From a virus (taxonomy: Duplodnaviria; Heunggongvirae; Uroviricota; Caudoviricetes), in IMG/VR virus record IMGVR_UViG_2721755712_000001: a stretch of 64,000 bases of DNA. One strand, 5' to 3'. This document shows positions 1-9,729 of the stretch, in pieces. The notes under the pieces are model-generated. The model worked only from the letters and a program-made list of their open reading frames with translations, was not told the origin of the DNA and searched no databases. The number at the start of each line of letters is the position of its first letter. The stretch's first letter is position 1. The translations under genes and the position numbers were made by a program.

Positions 1-48
1 TGAACCAGATCTGGCAGACATCTGTGCAAATTGCAGATAGCTGTCAGA

Positions 49-525
49 TCAAACCATCGTAGGGATGTTTGTATCCACTTTGAACTCAGGTACACCAACG
101 AACTCTTTAACCTTCATCTGGTAGCCGGTTCTGTCAGTTTTGATGACTTCCTGTTTGCCCTCTATAAACTGCTCACGCCACTCGTCGCGACGGGAAGCTG
201 GCATGATCAGCAAAACGTTAGTCATATCCGTGACCTTCCTCCAGTACTCGGCCCAAATATTCTGTTTCACCCATTCCAGATCGACTTTATCCAGCCAAGC
301 TCGATTCAAACGTGAGCGTTCTTCATCTGGTCGATGGTTCAGTTGCAGCAGGCGATTAATCATGTTGTGGCGTTCGTCGCCATAAACGAAGTCGTGAACC
401 TGATACATGAAGGCGATCTCTTTCTCGCACTCGGCTACGATTTCGTGGATGACGTTCATTTCCTGACGATAATCGATAGCAGTGTTTGAGTTGGTATCGT
501 CGATGATGGAAAGAGCTGTATTCAT
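49..525 (-). CDS. hypothetical protein
   Basis: 158-aa ORF, no recognisable motif. Confidence 0.45.
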   Translation of the reverse strand: MNTALSIIDDTNSNTAIDYRQEMNVIHEIVAECEKEIAFMYQVHDFVYGDERHNMINRLLQLNHRPDEERSRLNRAWLDKVDLEWVKQNIWAEYWRKVTDMTNVLLIMPASRRDEWREQFIEGKQEVIKTDRTGYQMKVKEFVGVPEFKVDTNIPTMV

Positions 526-628
526 AATTGCACCATTAAGAAAAGATTTGTTTAATAGTGCAATTATTTCAAAAATGAAAAGGTGCTAAATAGAAATTAA
601 CAGGCAATCCTTTAAATAAAGGTATTTG

Positions 629-1243
629 CTAATCATACTTTGAGGTATTTATAACCAGGATTTTGTTTGTATAAATCTTCTTAATATCCCATGTGACATT
701 ACCGGAATACCATTGACCGTTATATACTTGGTTTCCAGTTGCACCGGTCATAGTTACATAGACAGGTCTGTCGTAATCGGTTCGTCTATAGTTATAAACC
801 CCAACCATAGCAGGCATTACTGCGCACGGATACCCCATATCTATTGTAAATTGTGGGTCAGTAATAGTGATAAGTTTTGCATCAAGGGGCATCATCTCAC
901 CGTGATACACCATTGCGCCTGCGCTGTTATACATGGCAATGCCATAGCCAGAATGTGGTAACACCATATCAGAAAAAGCATAAACTGTTATTGTTCCGGG
1001 GCTACCATTTACCTGATGCAATCTGAGAGCATTGTATCCGTTACTATGTTCATGAATAAACATCATGTTCGCCTTATTGCTGCTTTTTATGAAGAAAAAG
1101 CATGATTTGTTTGATGGGATTGATGTTTGAAAAACAGAACCTTTAGATGTAGACATTGTCCCTTTATTAATCAGATTTTGCGGAGTAAATTCAGGACTCA
1201 TCCACAAACTTCCATCTGATTGAGTAATTGACATCCCGAACAT
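629..1243 (-). CDS. hypothetical protein in AT-rich island; start moved to internal ATG after GGGGA
   Basis: Track ORF 629..1300 overlaps the upstream ORF; an internal Met codon follows a GGGGAT Shine-Dalgarno just past the upstream stop. Confidence 0.35.
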   Translation of the reverse strand: MFGMSITQSDGSLWMSPEFTPQNLINKGTMSTSKGSVFQTSIPSNKSCFFFIKSSNKANMMFIHEHSNGYNALRLHQVNGSPGTITVYAFSDMVLPHSGYGIAMYNSAGAMVYHGEMMPLDAKLITITDPQFTIDMGYPCAVMPAMVGVYNYRRTDYDRPVYVTMTGATGNQVYNGQWYSGNVTWDIKKIYTNKILVINTSKYD

Positions 1244-1245
1244 AA

Positions 1246-1527
1246 TTATCCCCAGTATGTGTATATGTAAGAACCAAGCCCCGTATATAAATTTGACCAA
1301 CTAACCGTATTTCCATTAATAGTAACATTTGGAACAGGTAAATTGATGTAGTTGTCGTTGTTAAGAGGCATTAATGACCACACGGCATGTAGTGATTTAC
1401 CCGGTGGCGGATTAGAGTACGTCTTAGAGCCTGATGACGCCGTAAATCGATCAAGAAAAAAAATAGGTGTAAGGAAGCCAGTAACGTTAATTCCTTTATT
1501 GTTGTAAATCCCTGTACCGTATGCCAT
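1246..1527 (-). CDS. hypothetical protein in AT-rich island
   Basis: 93-aa ORF with AAGGGTGAAA before the ATG. Confidence 0.35.
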   Translation of the reverse strand: MAYGTGIYNNKGINVTGFLTPIFFLDRFTASSGSKTYSNPPPGKSLHAVWSLMPLNNDNYINLPVPNVTINGNTVSWSNLYTGLGSYIYTYWG

Positions 1528-1581
1528 TTTTCACCCTTGTTTTTATCAACACAATATGGCCGATCATGCGGCCATATCAGA

Positions 1582-2151
1582 TCAATTAGAGCTTTGAAAG
1601 ACTTTGTGTGGTTGTGTTGCGAGGTTATGTCGATGGCTTAACTCACGCATCATGTCTTCAAGGCGACTCTTTGTGTCGTCGAGTTGGTCGGCCATTGCTC
1701 CCAAAAGCTGACGAACGGCCATCGGATCATCGCTGTTTAGTGATGGCATTTTATAACCCGCCTGAGAAGACATAAGATTGAACGCAGACATCAACATCGT
1801 TAGAGAGGATTTAAGCCCAGCAATTTCACGATCTTTGCTGGCAATAATCGCCTCACTCTTGTTAGTGTCATCAGTTCGTTGAGTCTCGCTCACCATATCC
1901 AAAGTCGCCTGCAACTTATCAGCGCGCTCTTTTTCAGCAAGATAATGAACACCGAAATGATGTGCTAAAGCTACAACCTGAGTTGGCTCTTCAAAGGTGG
2001 ACTCAAAATTAAGTGCTGTAACCACTCTCTCAAATATGGAAACGTCTTCTATTCCTCGAAGAATGGCTAACATTTTGACCAGTTCATTAGCATCCATTTC
2101 TTCGAATAAGGCGTTTTGTTCATCAGCTATCGCTTTGCATTTCTTGCACAT
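1582..2151 (-). CDS. hypothetical protein
   Basis: 189-aa ORF; start preceded by AGGAAAAACAC-ATG context and motif A. Confidence 0.5.
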   Translation of the reverse strand: MCKKCKAIADEQNALFEEMDANELVKMLAILRGIEDVSIFERVVTALNFESTFEEPTQVVALAHHFGVHYLAEKERADKLQATLDMVSETQRTDDTNKSEAIIASKDREIAGLKSSLTMLMSAFNLMSSQAGYKMPSLNSDDPMAVRQLLGAMADQLDDTKSRLEDMMRELSHRHNLATQPHKVFQSSN

Positions 2152-2448
2152 GTGTTTTTCCTAATGCTTAAACAAGTTGTTTTCTTATTGGCTTTATTGT
2201 GATGTGGCATAAAAGGGGAGCAAGCTAAACGTAAAGGTGCAAACTCTCTATTTCGGTCAACGAAACACAAGGGCCATTTGGCCCTTGTCATTAACACGTT
2301 GCTTTACGGACTAGCGGATAAGCGAAGTAGATCGCCAGACCAATGAGGACGCCATCAGAAATGACAGACATCATCTTTCCCGTAAAATCCACCAACACCG
2401 CTATCACCAGAAGAGCAATGACGGTCACAAGCCGGAATCTCTCAAGCA

Positions 2449-2874
2449 TTAGAGATAAGCATCCAGTGACAACTGAAGCGCCTGGGCGATCTTTTTCAGC
2501 GCCTGCTCTTCTGGTTCATCAATGCCGTCCTGGTCGGCAATATCAAGGCACAGACACAGTACATCTACTGCATCATCAGTCCCGGCCACATCCGCCAGCT
2601 CACGTAAAGCCTGGGCATTAGCACGGCGCGGTGAGGCTTCGTATTGAGCGCGGATATTGGCGCTCATCTGGGCAATCTCACCAGCAAAAGGAGAAAATGC
2701 AGGCAGAGCTGCAATTGTTTTCTCAAGAATGGAAATTTCTTTTGCATCGCATGTACCGTTGGCATAGGAGATCATGTACCCGCCCCACACGGTGGCTTCA
2801 ACCGCATCACGGTTCTCCATTTTTTTGACTTCGATAACAGCTTTACGAGTTTTCTTTTTGAAGAAACCTAACAT
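2449..2874 (-). CDS. hypothetical protein (possible TerB-like fold, speculative)
   Basis: 141-aa ORF with conserved start context and motif A upstream. Confidence 0.45.
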   Translation of the reverse strand: MLGFFKKKTRKAVIEVKKMENRDAVEATVWGGYMISYANGTCDAKEISILEKTIAALPAFSPFAGEIAQMSANIRAQYEASPRRANAQALRELADVAGTDDAVDVLCLCLDIADQDGIDEPEEQALKKIAQALQLSLDAYL

Positions 2875-2967
2875 GTGTTTTCCTTTTGCTATTTGTCAAA
2901 ACAAATTGTTTTCTGGTTACATAAATTGCTTACGCAAAGACGGTCAATGCATATGCACTAACAACCG

Positions 2968-3156
2968 TCAGAAATAACCAAGTACCGAACCGACTGGAAA
3001 AATAAAAATCCCAACTACACGAGCCAAGGTCATGCCAGCCTGAAACTGGAGATCACCTGAGCAAACGAGTTTTATAATGTTGGATACCCAACCGGCGGCC
3101 ATGAGAGCCAGAATTGCCAGCCAAATTTTCCCAAAGTGATTTGAAAGCCAGTTCAT
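2968..3156 (-). CDS. small membrane protein
   Basis: 62 aa, hydrophobic segments. Confidence 0.3.
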   Translation of the reverse strand: MNWLSNHFGKIWLAILALMAAGWVSNIIKLVCSGDLQFQAGMTLARVVGIFIFPVGSVLGYF

Positions 3157-3404
3157 ACAACCACCTTAGTCACAACATGATCCTGAGTAACTGGATGAAC
3201 TTGAGGTATCGCATCCACCGTCATCCCATCCAGAGTGACAGGACGCTCTACTGGAGTGGTGGTAATTGTCGTCGACGGAGGTGTGGTGATGGATGAACCC
3301 GGCATCAAAAGGCTCTGGCCGGCTGGAACGGCTACCGTCGCCAGTGAAACTATAATGAGAACGTAGGCCATTGGTTTCAGCCTCTTTCTTTGAAAATTTT
3401 CCAT
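3153..3404 (-). CDS. small secreted protein with signal peptide
   Basis: RKRLKP n-region then hydrophobic core; overlaps the tail of ORF 3166..3660 in another frame. Confidence 0.3.
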   Translation of the reverse strand: MENFQRKRLKPMAYVLIIVSLATVAVPAGQSLLMPGSSITTPPSTTITTTPVERPVTLDGMTVDAIPQVHPVTQDHVVTKVVV

Positions 3405-3660
3405 TCGAACTGTCCTTGTTGTTTTTCTCCTTCACTAAAGGCCGTGTACTTTTCGCTTCGCGTGAAGAACCAGAGGCAACAATCGCCCCCACGTTCGCAA
3501 CAACTGACGCTTGATTATCTAAACGTTCATTCAGCAACCGAACGGTAGTCTCTAGTTCATCAAGACGTGACATAACACGACCGCTAAACAATTCGGCCAA
3601 AATTTGACGTAAAGAACGAGGACGTTTAGTTGCAGAAGTGAAATAGGTTTGACGTGCCAT
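3166..3660 (-). CDS. hypothetical protein (C-terminal half low-complexity, extent uncertain)
   Basis: 164-aa ORF; N-terminal 80 aa look protein-like. Confidence 0.35.
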   Translation of the reverse strand: MARQTYFTSATKRPRSLRQILAELFSGRVMSRLDELETTVRLLNERLDNQASVVANVGAIVASGSSREAKSTRPLVKEKNNKDSSNGKFSKKEAETNGLRSHYSFTGDGSRSSRPEPFDAGFIHHHTSVDDNYHHSSRASCHSGWDDGGCDTSSSSSYSGSCCD

Positions 3661-3808
3661 GTGGACTCCATCCAGTGTCAGAAAGAGTTGCGGCTGGCGA
3701 TCGCCAGCCGCCTTTCTCGTTCCATCCTGGAACTGTGTCTTACCGACACATTGTCATCCTGACGCTGATAAGATACATGATTTAAAATGATAGGTAAACA
3801 CTTACTTA

Positions 3809-4453
3809 CTACTTGTTATAAACAAAACCAATATCTTTCTTGTGAGGCATATCTGCTGCTGAAAAAGCTGCGATCTTCGCGAGTCGATCACATATTTCAT
3901 TTTCACGATGCCCGGCGTGACCTTTAACCCACTTCCAGCGAACATTATGTCGACTTGCGGCCTCATCCAGACGCTTCCACAGATCAACATTCTTTACCGG
4001 TTTTTTGTCAGAAGTCATCCATCCATTGCGTTTCCACCATTTCATCCACTGTGTCATGCCGTTTTTCAGATACTGGCTATCAGAGTACAAAATAACGTTG
4101 CATGGATATTTCAAACGCTCCAGCCCGATAAGTGCCCCCATCATCTCCATGCGGTTATTGGTGGTGCTATGAAAACCATCTGAGAACTCGCGTTCCTCAC
4201 CACCATACTGGAGAACTATACCGTAACCGCCCGGGCCACCCGGATTTTTAAGGCAAGAGCCATCACTGAAGATTTTCACGGTTTTAAGCTGGGGATTGAA
4301 CTCTACGACAGGCGTTGTGGAATTGGTGCGGGGAGAATTTTTGTTTTTGTCATTTTTGCGAGTTTTTGCTTGCGATCGGGCTGGTGTCTTCGTCGTCATA
4401 TAAACTCCTGAATCAAGCGCCGCGCCGATTTTTTTTTCCTCGCGCGTGCGCAC
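3809..4453 (-). CDS. rnhA: ribonuclease HI
   Basis: [15 protein letters not shown] ... SDSQY ... [14 protein letters not shown], canonical RNase H core; basic N-terminal extension. Confidence 0.85.
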   Translation of the reverse strand: MRTREEKKIGAALDSGVYMTTKTPARSQAKTRKNDKNKNSPRTNSTTPVVEFNPQLKTVKIFSDGSCLKNPGGPGGYGIVLQYGGEEREFSDGFHSTTNNRMEMMGALIGLERLKYPCNVILYSDSQYLKNGMTQWMKWWKRNGWMTSDKKPVKNVDLWKRLDEAASRHNVRWKWVKGHAGHRENEICDRLAKIAAFSAADMPHKKDIGFVYNK

Positions 4454-4985
4454 ACGCGTGCGTGTTAATAATTATTAAAATAAACAAATTACTTCCCAGA
4501 ACAGGTTTTTATAAACCTGAACTGAACGAACGAAGTGAGTGAAGTTCACCTCGAACGAAGTGAGAGGTTGTCTTTTCAGGTAATACTCTCCCAGGGAGGT
4601 GAGTACAAAATTTCCTCACCAACCTGGTCGTTTCATAACCTGAAAAGTTATGACCTAAGTCTACTGCCAGCTTAGGCTTGGGAAGTTATGGATGACAGCA
4701 CCCCAGAACCGAGATCTTCCCACACTTTATGAAGGGGAGTACTGGATTCAACCTCTCGAAACACCCCAGACTCGACAATCATAAAGTGACCCTTGTCTCT
4801 GCTCACTTTGGTTCCCCCTTCCCCAACCCCTAAACGGTGCCGGTTCTACGCTGGTAGTGAGCTTTTTTAAACCTGACGCCAGTGACGCTTACCCCCACCC
4901 ATCAGGTCGAGCCTCCAGTCTACGACTGGAAACTATCAGATCTTAGCACTTACAATTCACTTTATGAATAGTTTGTACTTATCTA
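4440..4985. other. ORF-free structured intergenic region (~550 bp)
   Basis: No ORF of 60 aa or more; GC-rich palindrome CGCGCGTGCGCACACGCGTGCG, direct repeat GAACGAAGTGAG x2, several hairpins. Confidence 0.5.
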
Positions 4986-5215
4986 TCATTTCGATTGATT
5001 ATTTTTTCGACCATGTAGTTGAACATTCAAGGCAAACACCTCGTTGATCAACTCACCTAAAAGCTGTTCAACAAGTTCGCGATGCTCCCCAAGATGCAAG
5101 CACTTAATTGCCCATTCGTACAAGTTGAAAGCCTGCTCACGATCTTTCATCATTTCACGAGCCTGGGCCAGAAAATCGCTCTCTACGAGCGCAACGACAT
5201 TAGTCGGGTATGACA
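4986..5215 (-). CDS. hypothetical protein
   Basis: Start moved to ATG preceded by AAGGAAACCAAC. Confidence 0.4.
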
Positions 5216-5322
5216 TGTTGGTTTCCTTAAAGTGGTTCATAAAATCGATTTTAAAGCGTCTGGGAAGGGGTTCTAGTGGATTCTGTAGTGGTGTTCAGGT
5301 CTGGGAGTCTCTGATATAAAAC

Positions 5323-5381
5323 AGCCTGCTTCCGTATATTAATAATTAATATGTAGTTATTTATATATACAGAAGCAGGCT
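5323..5381. repeat. long hairpin element, copy 1 (AGCCTGCTTCCGTATAT / ATATACAGAAGCAGGCT)
   Basis: 17-bp inverted repeat with AT-rich loop; second copy at 55599..55653. Confidence 0.7.
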
Positions 5382-5402
5382 AATTACAGACGCCAGAACA
5401 AA

Positions 5403-5996
5403 CTAAGCAGCCTTCTTTGATTGTCTTTTTTTCCTGATCACATTCGCAGGATCATACCCTCCCAGACTTTTCATGACGTCCAAAGGGATCTTGCTTATAG
5501 AGTGCCCAGCGTCCTGACAGAATCCTCGAAAAACAACGAGCATACTGCCACCGGGGTTGATGTTTACTTCTACCTGACCCAAATTGACGTCAGGCTCGAC
5601 AAACGCTACGCGGCCACCAGACAGAATAATCGTCTCATTCGCACACTCTGTTGCACGCTCATACCACTTTGTATCGAGGGATTGAGGAATTAGCATCACT
5701 GTTGTAACTCCGCGAGCCTGCTCACGTATAGCCGCATCAATCCAGGGGGAGATTTTGGAGTAGGGTGGATTGAGGAAGGCAATTGTACCTGGCTGTCCCC
5801 ATTCAGATTTCAAAGCATCACGCTCAACGCCTATGAAATTAGGCAGCTTCGCATTGTCCTTGTTGCAGGCAACGTCAACATCAAATGTCACTCCAAGATA
5901 ACGTTGAATGGCAGAAAACAGCCAGTCAGGTGTTCTCCAGAGGTCACGAAGAGAGTTGTCGCGCTTTCGCTGTTTGATTTTTTCGGCTGCAATCAT
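5403..5996 (-). CDS. dam: N6-adenine DNA methyltransferase (Dam-like)
   Basis: NPPYS catalytic motif. Confidence 0.75.
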   Translation of the reverse strand: MIAAEKIKQRKRDNSLRDLWRTPDWLFSAIQRYLGVTFDVDVACNKDNAKLPNFIGVERDALKSEWGQPGTIAFLNPPYSKISPWIDAAIREQARGVTTVMLIPQSLDTKWYERATECANETIILSGGRVAFVEPDVNLGQVEVNINPGGSMLVVFRGFCQDAGHSISKIPLDVMKSLGGYDPANVIRKKRQSKKAA

Positions 5997-6179
5997 CTTC
6001 TTTCTCGATAGGTAAGTGATTACCTATTTTTGCATTTGATTTTATGTCTGGCAATCAAATAAAACGCGCCAGAAATGCAAACGAGAAGCTCTCTGGCGCG
6101 TTTTTGTGGTGCTGGATATGTGATTGGCTTACCCAGCACTATAAAGCTCTCTATGGGCTTTATTTTCAGTAGGGGGACG

Positions 6180-6989
6180 TCATCCAATAGTGTACTCCGC
6201 TACAAACTTCTTAACGATCGGTGATTCTTCGTTCAATGTTAGATTTCCACCGTCTCTAACGGCAATTCCTGTCGCTGGAAATACAGCCATCATTTGCCCA
6301 GCCTGAGTTGACGCAGTGTTAAGCGGATACGGTTTTTCTGGATTGCTCATTAAAGCAATCTTAATACTATTACTTGTAGCCTTCTTTTCTGTGAGAAGGT
6401 GTCTCATGGAAATTACCGTGTAAACACTAATATCTGGACCTCCGCTAAACCAATTAAGAAGGTTTAATATCTTATCCTTTGCTTTGACAGGCGCGTTATC
6501 GTAAGCGTCTAAGAAAATATCTTTTTCTAAGCCCGCTTTATTGAAAAACGAATCATCTTTATCACTTAAAGTGAAGCGAGGACCTCTTGCAGTACGAGCT
6601 TTTTTATTTGTATTGCTATCATTTGACTGTTGAACTTTTAATTCTTCATTAACCTCAACACACCCTTCAACCTCAATAAATCCCAATTGTTCTGGCTCGT
6701 TTACGACAGCTTCAACACTTTCAGCATTAATTACGTTTATAGGCTCATGAGCTAACTCCAACTCATTTAAAGCGGAGCTGAAATCACCTGCTTTTTCTTC
6801 ATTGAACAGTTCTTTGGCAACATCATCAGAACTCATGGCTACGCCAGCATCGAGGCCGAGAAGCAGATCGTCAATATCATCAGTATTTTCAACCTGTGCA
6901 GCTTTTTTTACTGGTTCATCAAGTGATTGCAACATGGCTGTCAGCTCATCCAGATCATCATTTGTCATTACATTTTCAACCGAACTCAT
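6180..6989 (-). CDS. acidic hypothetical protein
   Basis: 269-aa ORF, D/E-rich N-terminal half. Confidence 0.5.
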   Translation of the reverse strand: MSSVENVMTNDDLDELTAMLQSLDEPVKKAAQVENTDDIDDLLLGLDAGVAMSSDDVAKELFNEEKAGDFSSALNELELAHEPINVINAESVEAVVNEPEQLGFIEVEGCVEVNEELKVQQSNDSNTNKKARTARGPRFTLSDKDDSFFNKAGLEKDIFLDAYDNAPVKAKDKILNLLNWFSGGPDISVYTVISMRHLLTEKKATSNSIKIALMSNPEKPYPLNTASTQAGQMMAVFPATGIAVRDGGNLTLNEESPIVKKFVAEYTIG

Positions 6990-7149
6990 GTAAGTCTCCT
7001 TCTGTTTAGTTGCATTTGCGTTTCGATGGCTACATTTTGACTAAACCTATCAGGCGGAAAAGTATTAAATACAGGCAGGAAATGATTGAAAGGCGACTGT
7101 TCTTTAAAAGAAAGCCTGCTTCAAACTCTCTTTAAAGCAGGCTTTTGTT

Positions 7150-7707
7150 TTACACAATTTCAGAGGGTAATTTAAAAAATCCGTATTTATTACGTGCCTT
7201 AAAGAAGCATTGCATCATTAAGTTTGTGTCATATAAGGCACTATGTGCTTTGGCATGATCGTATATAAAGCCAAGAGAGAAGGCCAATTCTTCAAGACGA
7301 GGACGTTTACCGTCTTCTGTGGCCCACAATCCCGATAACATAGTATCTATAACGGGAACGTCTGGCAGTCTTACTCCATACCCTGAAAACTCGTGTCTAA
7401 TAAATGGTATATCAAACGCTTCGCCGTTATGAGCAACCCACGCACTACATGCCTCCATATAAGCGCCAATTTCGCTGGCATGATTTGACAACAAAGGTTC
7501 AGCTGCCAGCTGTTCTAATGAAATGCCATGAACGGCTTGAGCTTTCGGATCTATGTTTCTGCGAGGGTTAAAACGCATCTCCAGACTATCAATATGTCTC
7601 TGTGTCTCCAGTTCATAGCGGGTAATTGCGATTTCAATAATTTTATGACCAGCAAGGAAATCCAGTCCCGTAGACTCGATATCGATGCCTGCAACAATCG
7701 TTGTCAT
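7150..7707 (-). CDS. DnaQ-like 3'-5' exonuclease (DEDDh)
   Basis: GIDIESTGL Exo I motif, H..A..D Exo III-like region. Confidence 0.75.
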   Translation of the reverse strand: MTTIVAGIDIESTGLDFLAGHKIIEIAITRYELETQRHIDSLEMRFNPRRNIDPKAQAVHGISLEQLAAEPLLSNHASEIGAYMEACSAWVAHNGEAFDIPFIRHEFSGYGVRLPDVPVIDTMLSGLWATEDGKRPRLEELAFSLGFIYDHAKAHSALYDTNLMMQCFFKARNKYGFFKLPSEIV

Positions 7708-7716
7708 CAGAACTCC

Positions 7717-8136
7717 TTACAACTTCTTAGCGCCCTTAAGTAGTGCGCTACGTACAAATTGAGCCGCTTTTTTCAAAGTTTCTTCACTGGTTTCACAGAC
7801 AATCGGATCTTTCCACTTACCTGACGCAGTGTTGAGAATATTGATTTGGTTGCTATCCAGACAAACAGAGATATAAAGCACCGTGCCACCAGCCAGCATC
7901 AAATGCATAGGAAACAGAGGCTTTTTACTGCCTTCACTGAACTGAGACATGGCGATGTTAATGGCTTCACCTACTTGTGCGCCAACAAGCCCCTGCGCAG
8001 TTTCGAATATGGCACGAATAGCCAGACGAGCCTCTCGATCGCTCATAAGAGACCGGGAATGTTCGTCCGCTACACGAATCAAAGCCTCTGTTGTTTTCCG
8101 ATCCAGTTCATCTTCAAGCAACATTTCACTAAACAT
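7717..8136 (-). CDS. hypothetical protein
   Basis: 139-aa ORF. Confidence 0.45.
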   Translation of the reverse strand: MFSEMLLEDELDRKTTEALIRVADEHSRSLMSDREARLAIRAIFETAQGLVGAQVGEAINIAMSQFSEGSKKPLFPMHLMLAGGTVLYISVCLDSNQINILNTASGKWKDPIVCETSEETLKKAAQFVRSALLKGAKKL

Positions 8137-8197
8137 TTTTTATCCTTAACCCATTTTGAGAGTTTTATTGTCGCAATGTCGAAGAGGCGAACAATTT

Positions 8198-8842
8198 CTA
8201 ATGAACGGTCACTCGGCCACAGAACCGGTTTTCTATCTTTTCTACAGCGTTATCTAGCATTCTCATCACTGATCTGGCTCTTGCTTCAACCGTGCGATAT
8301 CGGTTGGAAACGACGAAGGTTTGCAGATCCCCCCTTTGCGGATGCAGGTGAATTTTTGTCAGTTCCCCGCACATCAACGCATCAATACGAGCGACATACA
8401 GACGGTCTAATGATGCTCGTTGTGATCGCAAGTAATCTCGCTCTGAGAGAGCGACTCCCGGGCGTAAGCCAGCAATGGCGTTAAAGTTTGAAATAGCAGT
8501 TTTGTGGCAAAACTTTTCGATATCGAGGGCTAACTCAATACATCGATCTTCATTGGTATGGCCGACCAAATCCAACGTGTAGGCCATAACATCAGCAGGT
8601 GTGCGATCGATAACAAAGCCTTCAACACCACGCGTAAGTAGCTCTATATGCTTTGCTATTTCCATTTGAATCTGAAGCCGCTCATATAGAGGCATAGACT
8701 CACCTACTCGAACACCGAGTCGGCTCATCAAACTTCCGACACCAGCATCCACGTAAGGGATTCCGTAATGTTTGTCGATATATTTTGCCAGGGTTGTTTT
8801 CCCACTGCCCTGAGCACCAGTGATCCCAATCCGGTAATCCAT
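8198..8842 (-). CDS. P-loop nucleotide kinase (putative dNMP kinase)
   Basis: Walker A GAQGSGKTT near N-terminus; sits in nucleotide-metabolism cluster. Confidence 0.5.
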   Translation of the reverse strand: MDYRIGITGAQGSGKTTLAKYIDKHYGIPYVDAGVGSLMSRLGVRVGESMPLYERLQIQMEIAKHIELLTRGVEGFVIDRTPADVMAYTLDLVGHTNEDRCIELALDIEKFCHKTAISNFNAIAGLRPGVALSERDYLRSQRASLDRLYVARIDALMCGELTKIHLHPQRGDLQTFVVSNRYRTVEARARSVMRMLDNAVEKIENRFCGRVTVH

Positions 8843-9318
8843 TACGACCTTCTGTATACGATCTGCGAAAAGCCAGGCTCTTCCTCGCTGGCTCGTTGGG
8901 TAAAAACTGTTTCAACAGGCACAAAGCCTAAATTACGCATCATGCTTGCCGGGAAGAATGCATCGGCGTTTGGCACATCAACGCCGATGTGGGAGAGCCA
9001 AATCTCTTCAACATGCGGCATGAATAGCGAGTAAATTTGTTCCCCGCCAATCACCCACACAGGCTCTGGTAATCGCAACACATCATCCACACCAGCAGGG
9101 TAGAATCCATTTGGTACAAAGCCATGAGAGCGCGTCAAAACGAGGTTATGACGCTCTGGAAGAGGGCGTTTGAGACTTTCCATCGTTTTACGCCCCATAA
9201 CGACAGTGGCGTTTTTGGTGAGTCTCTTAAATAGCTTCAGATCGGTAGAACAACGCCAGGGCAGTTCGTTCGCTATGCCGATCTCATAGTTACGGCCAAC
9301 AGCAGCTATCATCTTCAT
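8842..9318 (-). CDS. frd: dihydrofolate reductase
   Basis: MIAAVGRNYEIG...LPW...VVMGRKT...VIGG, DHFR signature. Confidence 0.85.
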   Translation of the reverse strand: MKMIAAVGRNYEIGIANELPWRCSTDLKLFKRLTKNATVVMGRKTMESLKRPLPERHNLVLTRSHGFVPNGFYPAGVDDVLRLPEPVWVIGGEQIYSLFMPHVEEIWLSHIGVDVPNADAFFPASMMRNLGFVPVETVFTQRASEEEPGFSQIVYRRS

Positions 9319-9728
9319 TTGCTCACCTCATAGATGACCGGTCTATGATGAGAGTCAGCTAAAGCGGCACGGAGTCGAGGATCGTGCACCAGCGCAGCGA
9401 TAAGCAGATCGCCTTTATGCTCCGCTAATGTGCGCTTAATATGCTTCTCATAACTGGTGCCATTCGGTACGAGATGAAGCCAGTCATAATCAACGCCAAA
9501 ATCTTTCAGCCATCGTTTAGTTGGCGCTTCAAGAGTTTCAGAGCGGCTACTGATAAGCACCACTTCAGCCCCTGAGCGAGCAAAACCACGCAACATACGG
9601 CTGGTGGGGAAAATGAGTTCATCACCGGCAATGAGCTGGCCTGCATCCGCGTCAGATACTGATTTACGATGGCTGGCATTTGCCAGCACACCTTCAATTT
9701 CGCATAAGACATACATACCTCTTGCCAT
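9315..9728 (-). CDS. hypothetical protein, possible HAD-like fold with degenerate motif I
   Basis: Start moved to ATG just after thyA stop (TGA-T-ATG). Confidence 0.35.
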   Translation of the reverse strand: MARGMYVLCEIEGVLANASHRKSVSDADAGQLIAGDELIFPTSRMLRGFARSGAEVVLISSRSETLEAPTKRWLKDFGVDYDWLHLVPNGTSYEKHIKRTLAEHKGDLLIAALVHDPRLRAALADSHHRPVIYEVSK

Positions 9729-9729
9729 A

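Noticed and set aside
7846-8484. Long plus-strand ORFs antisense to well-supported minus-strand genes (also 48175..48834, 17004..17351, 37054..37518, 35947..36375)
   Set aside because: Each lies fully inside a minus-strand gene with clear motifs; no start context or independent support
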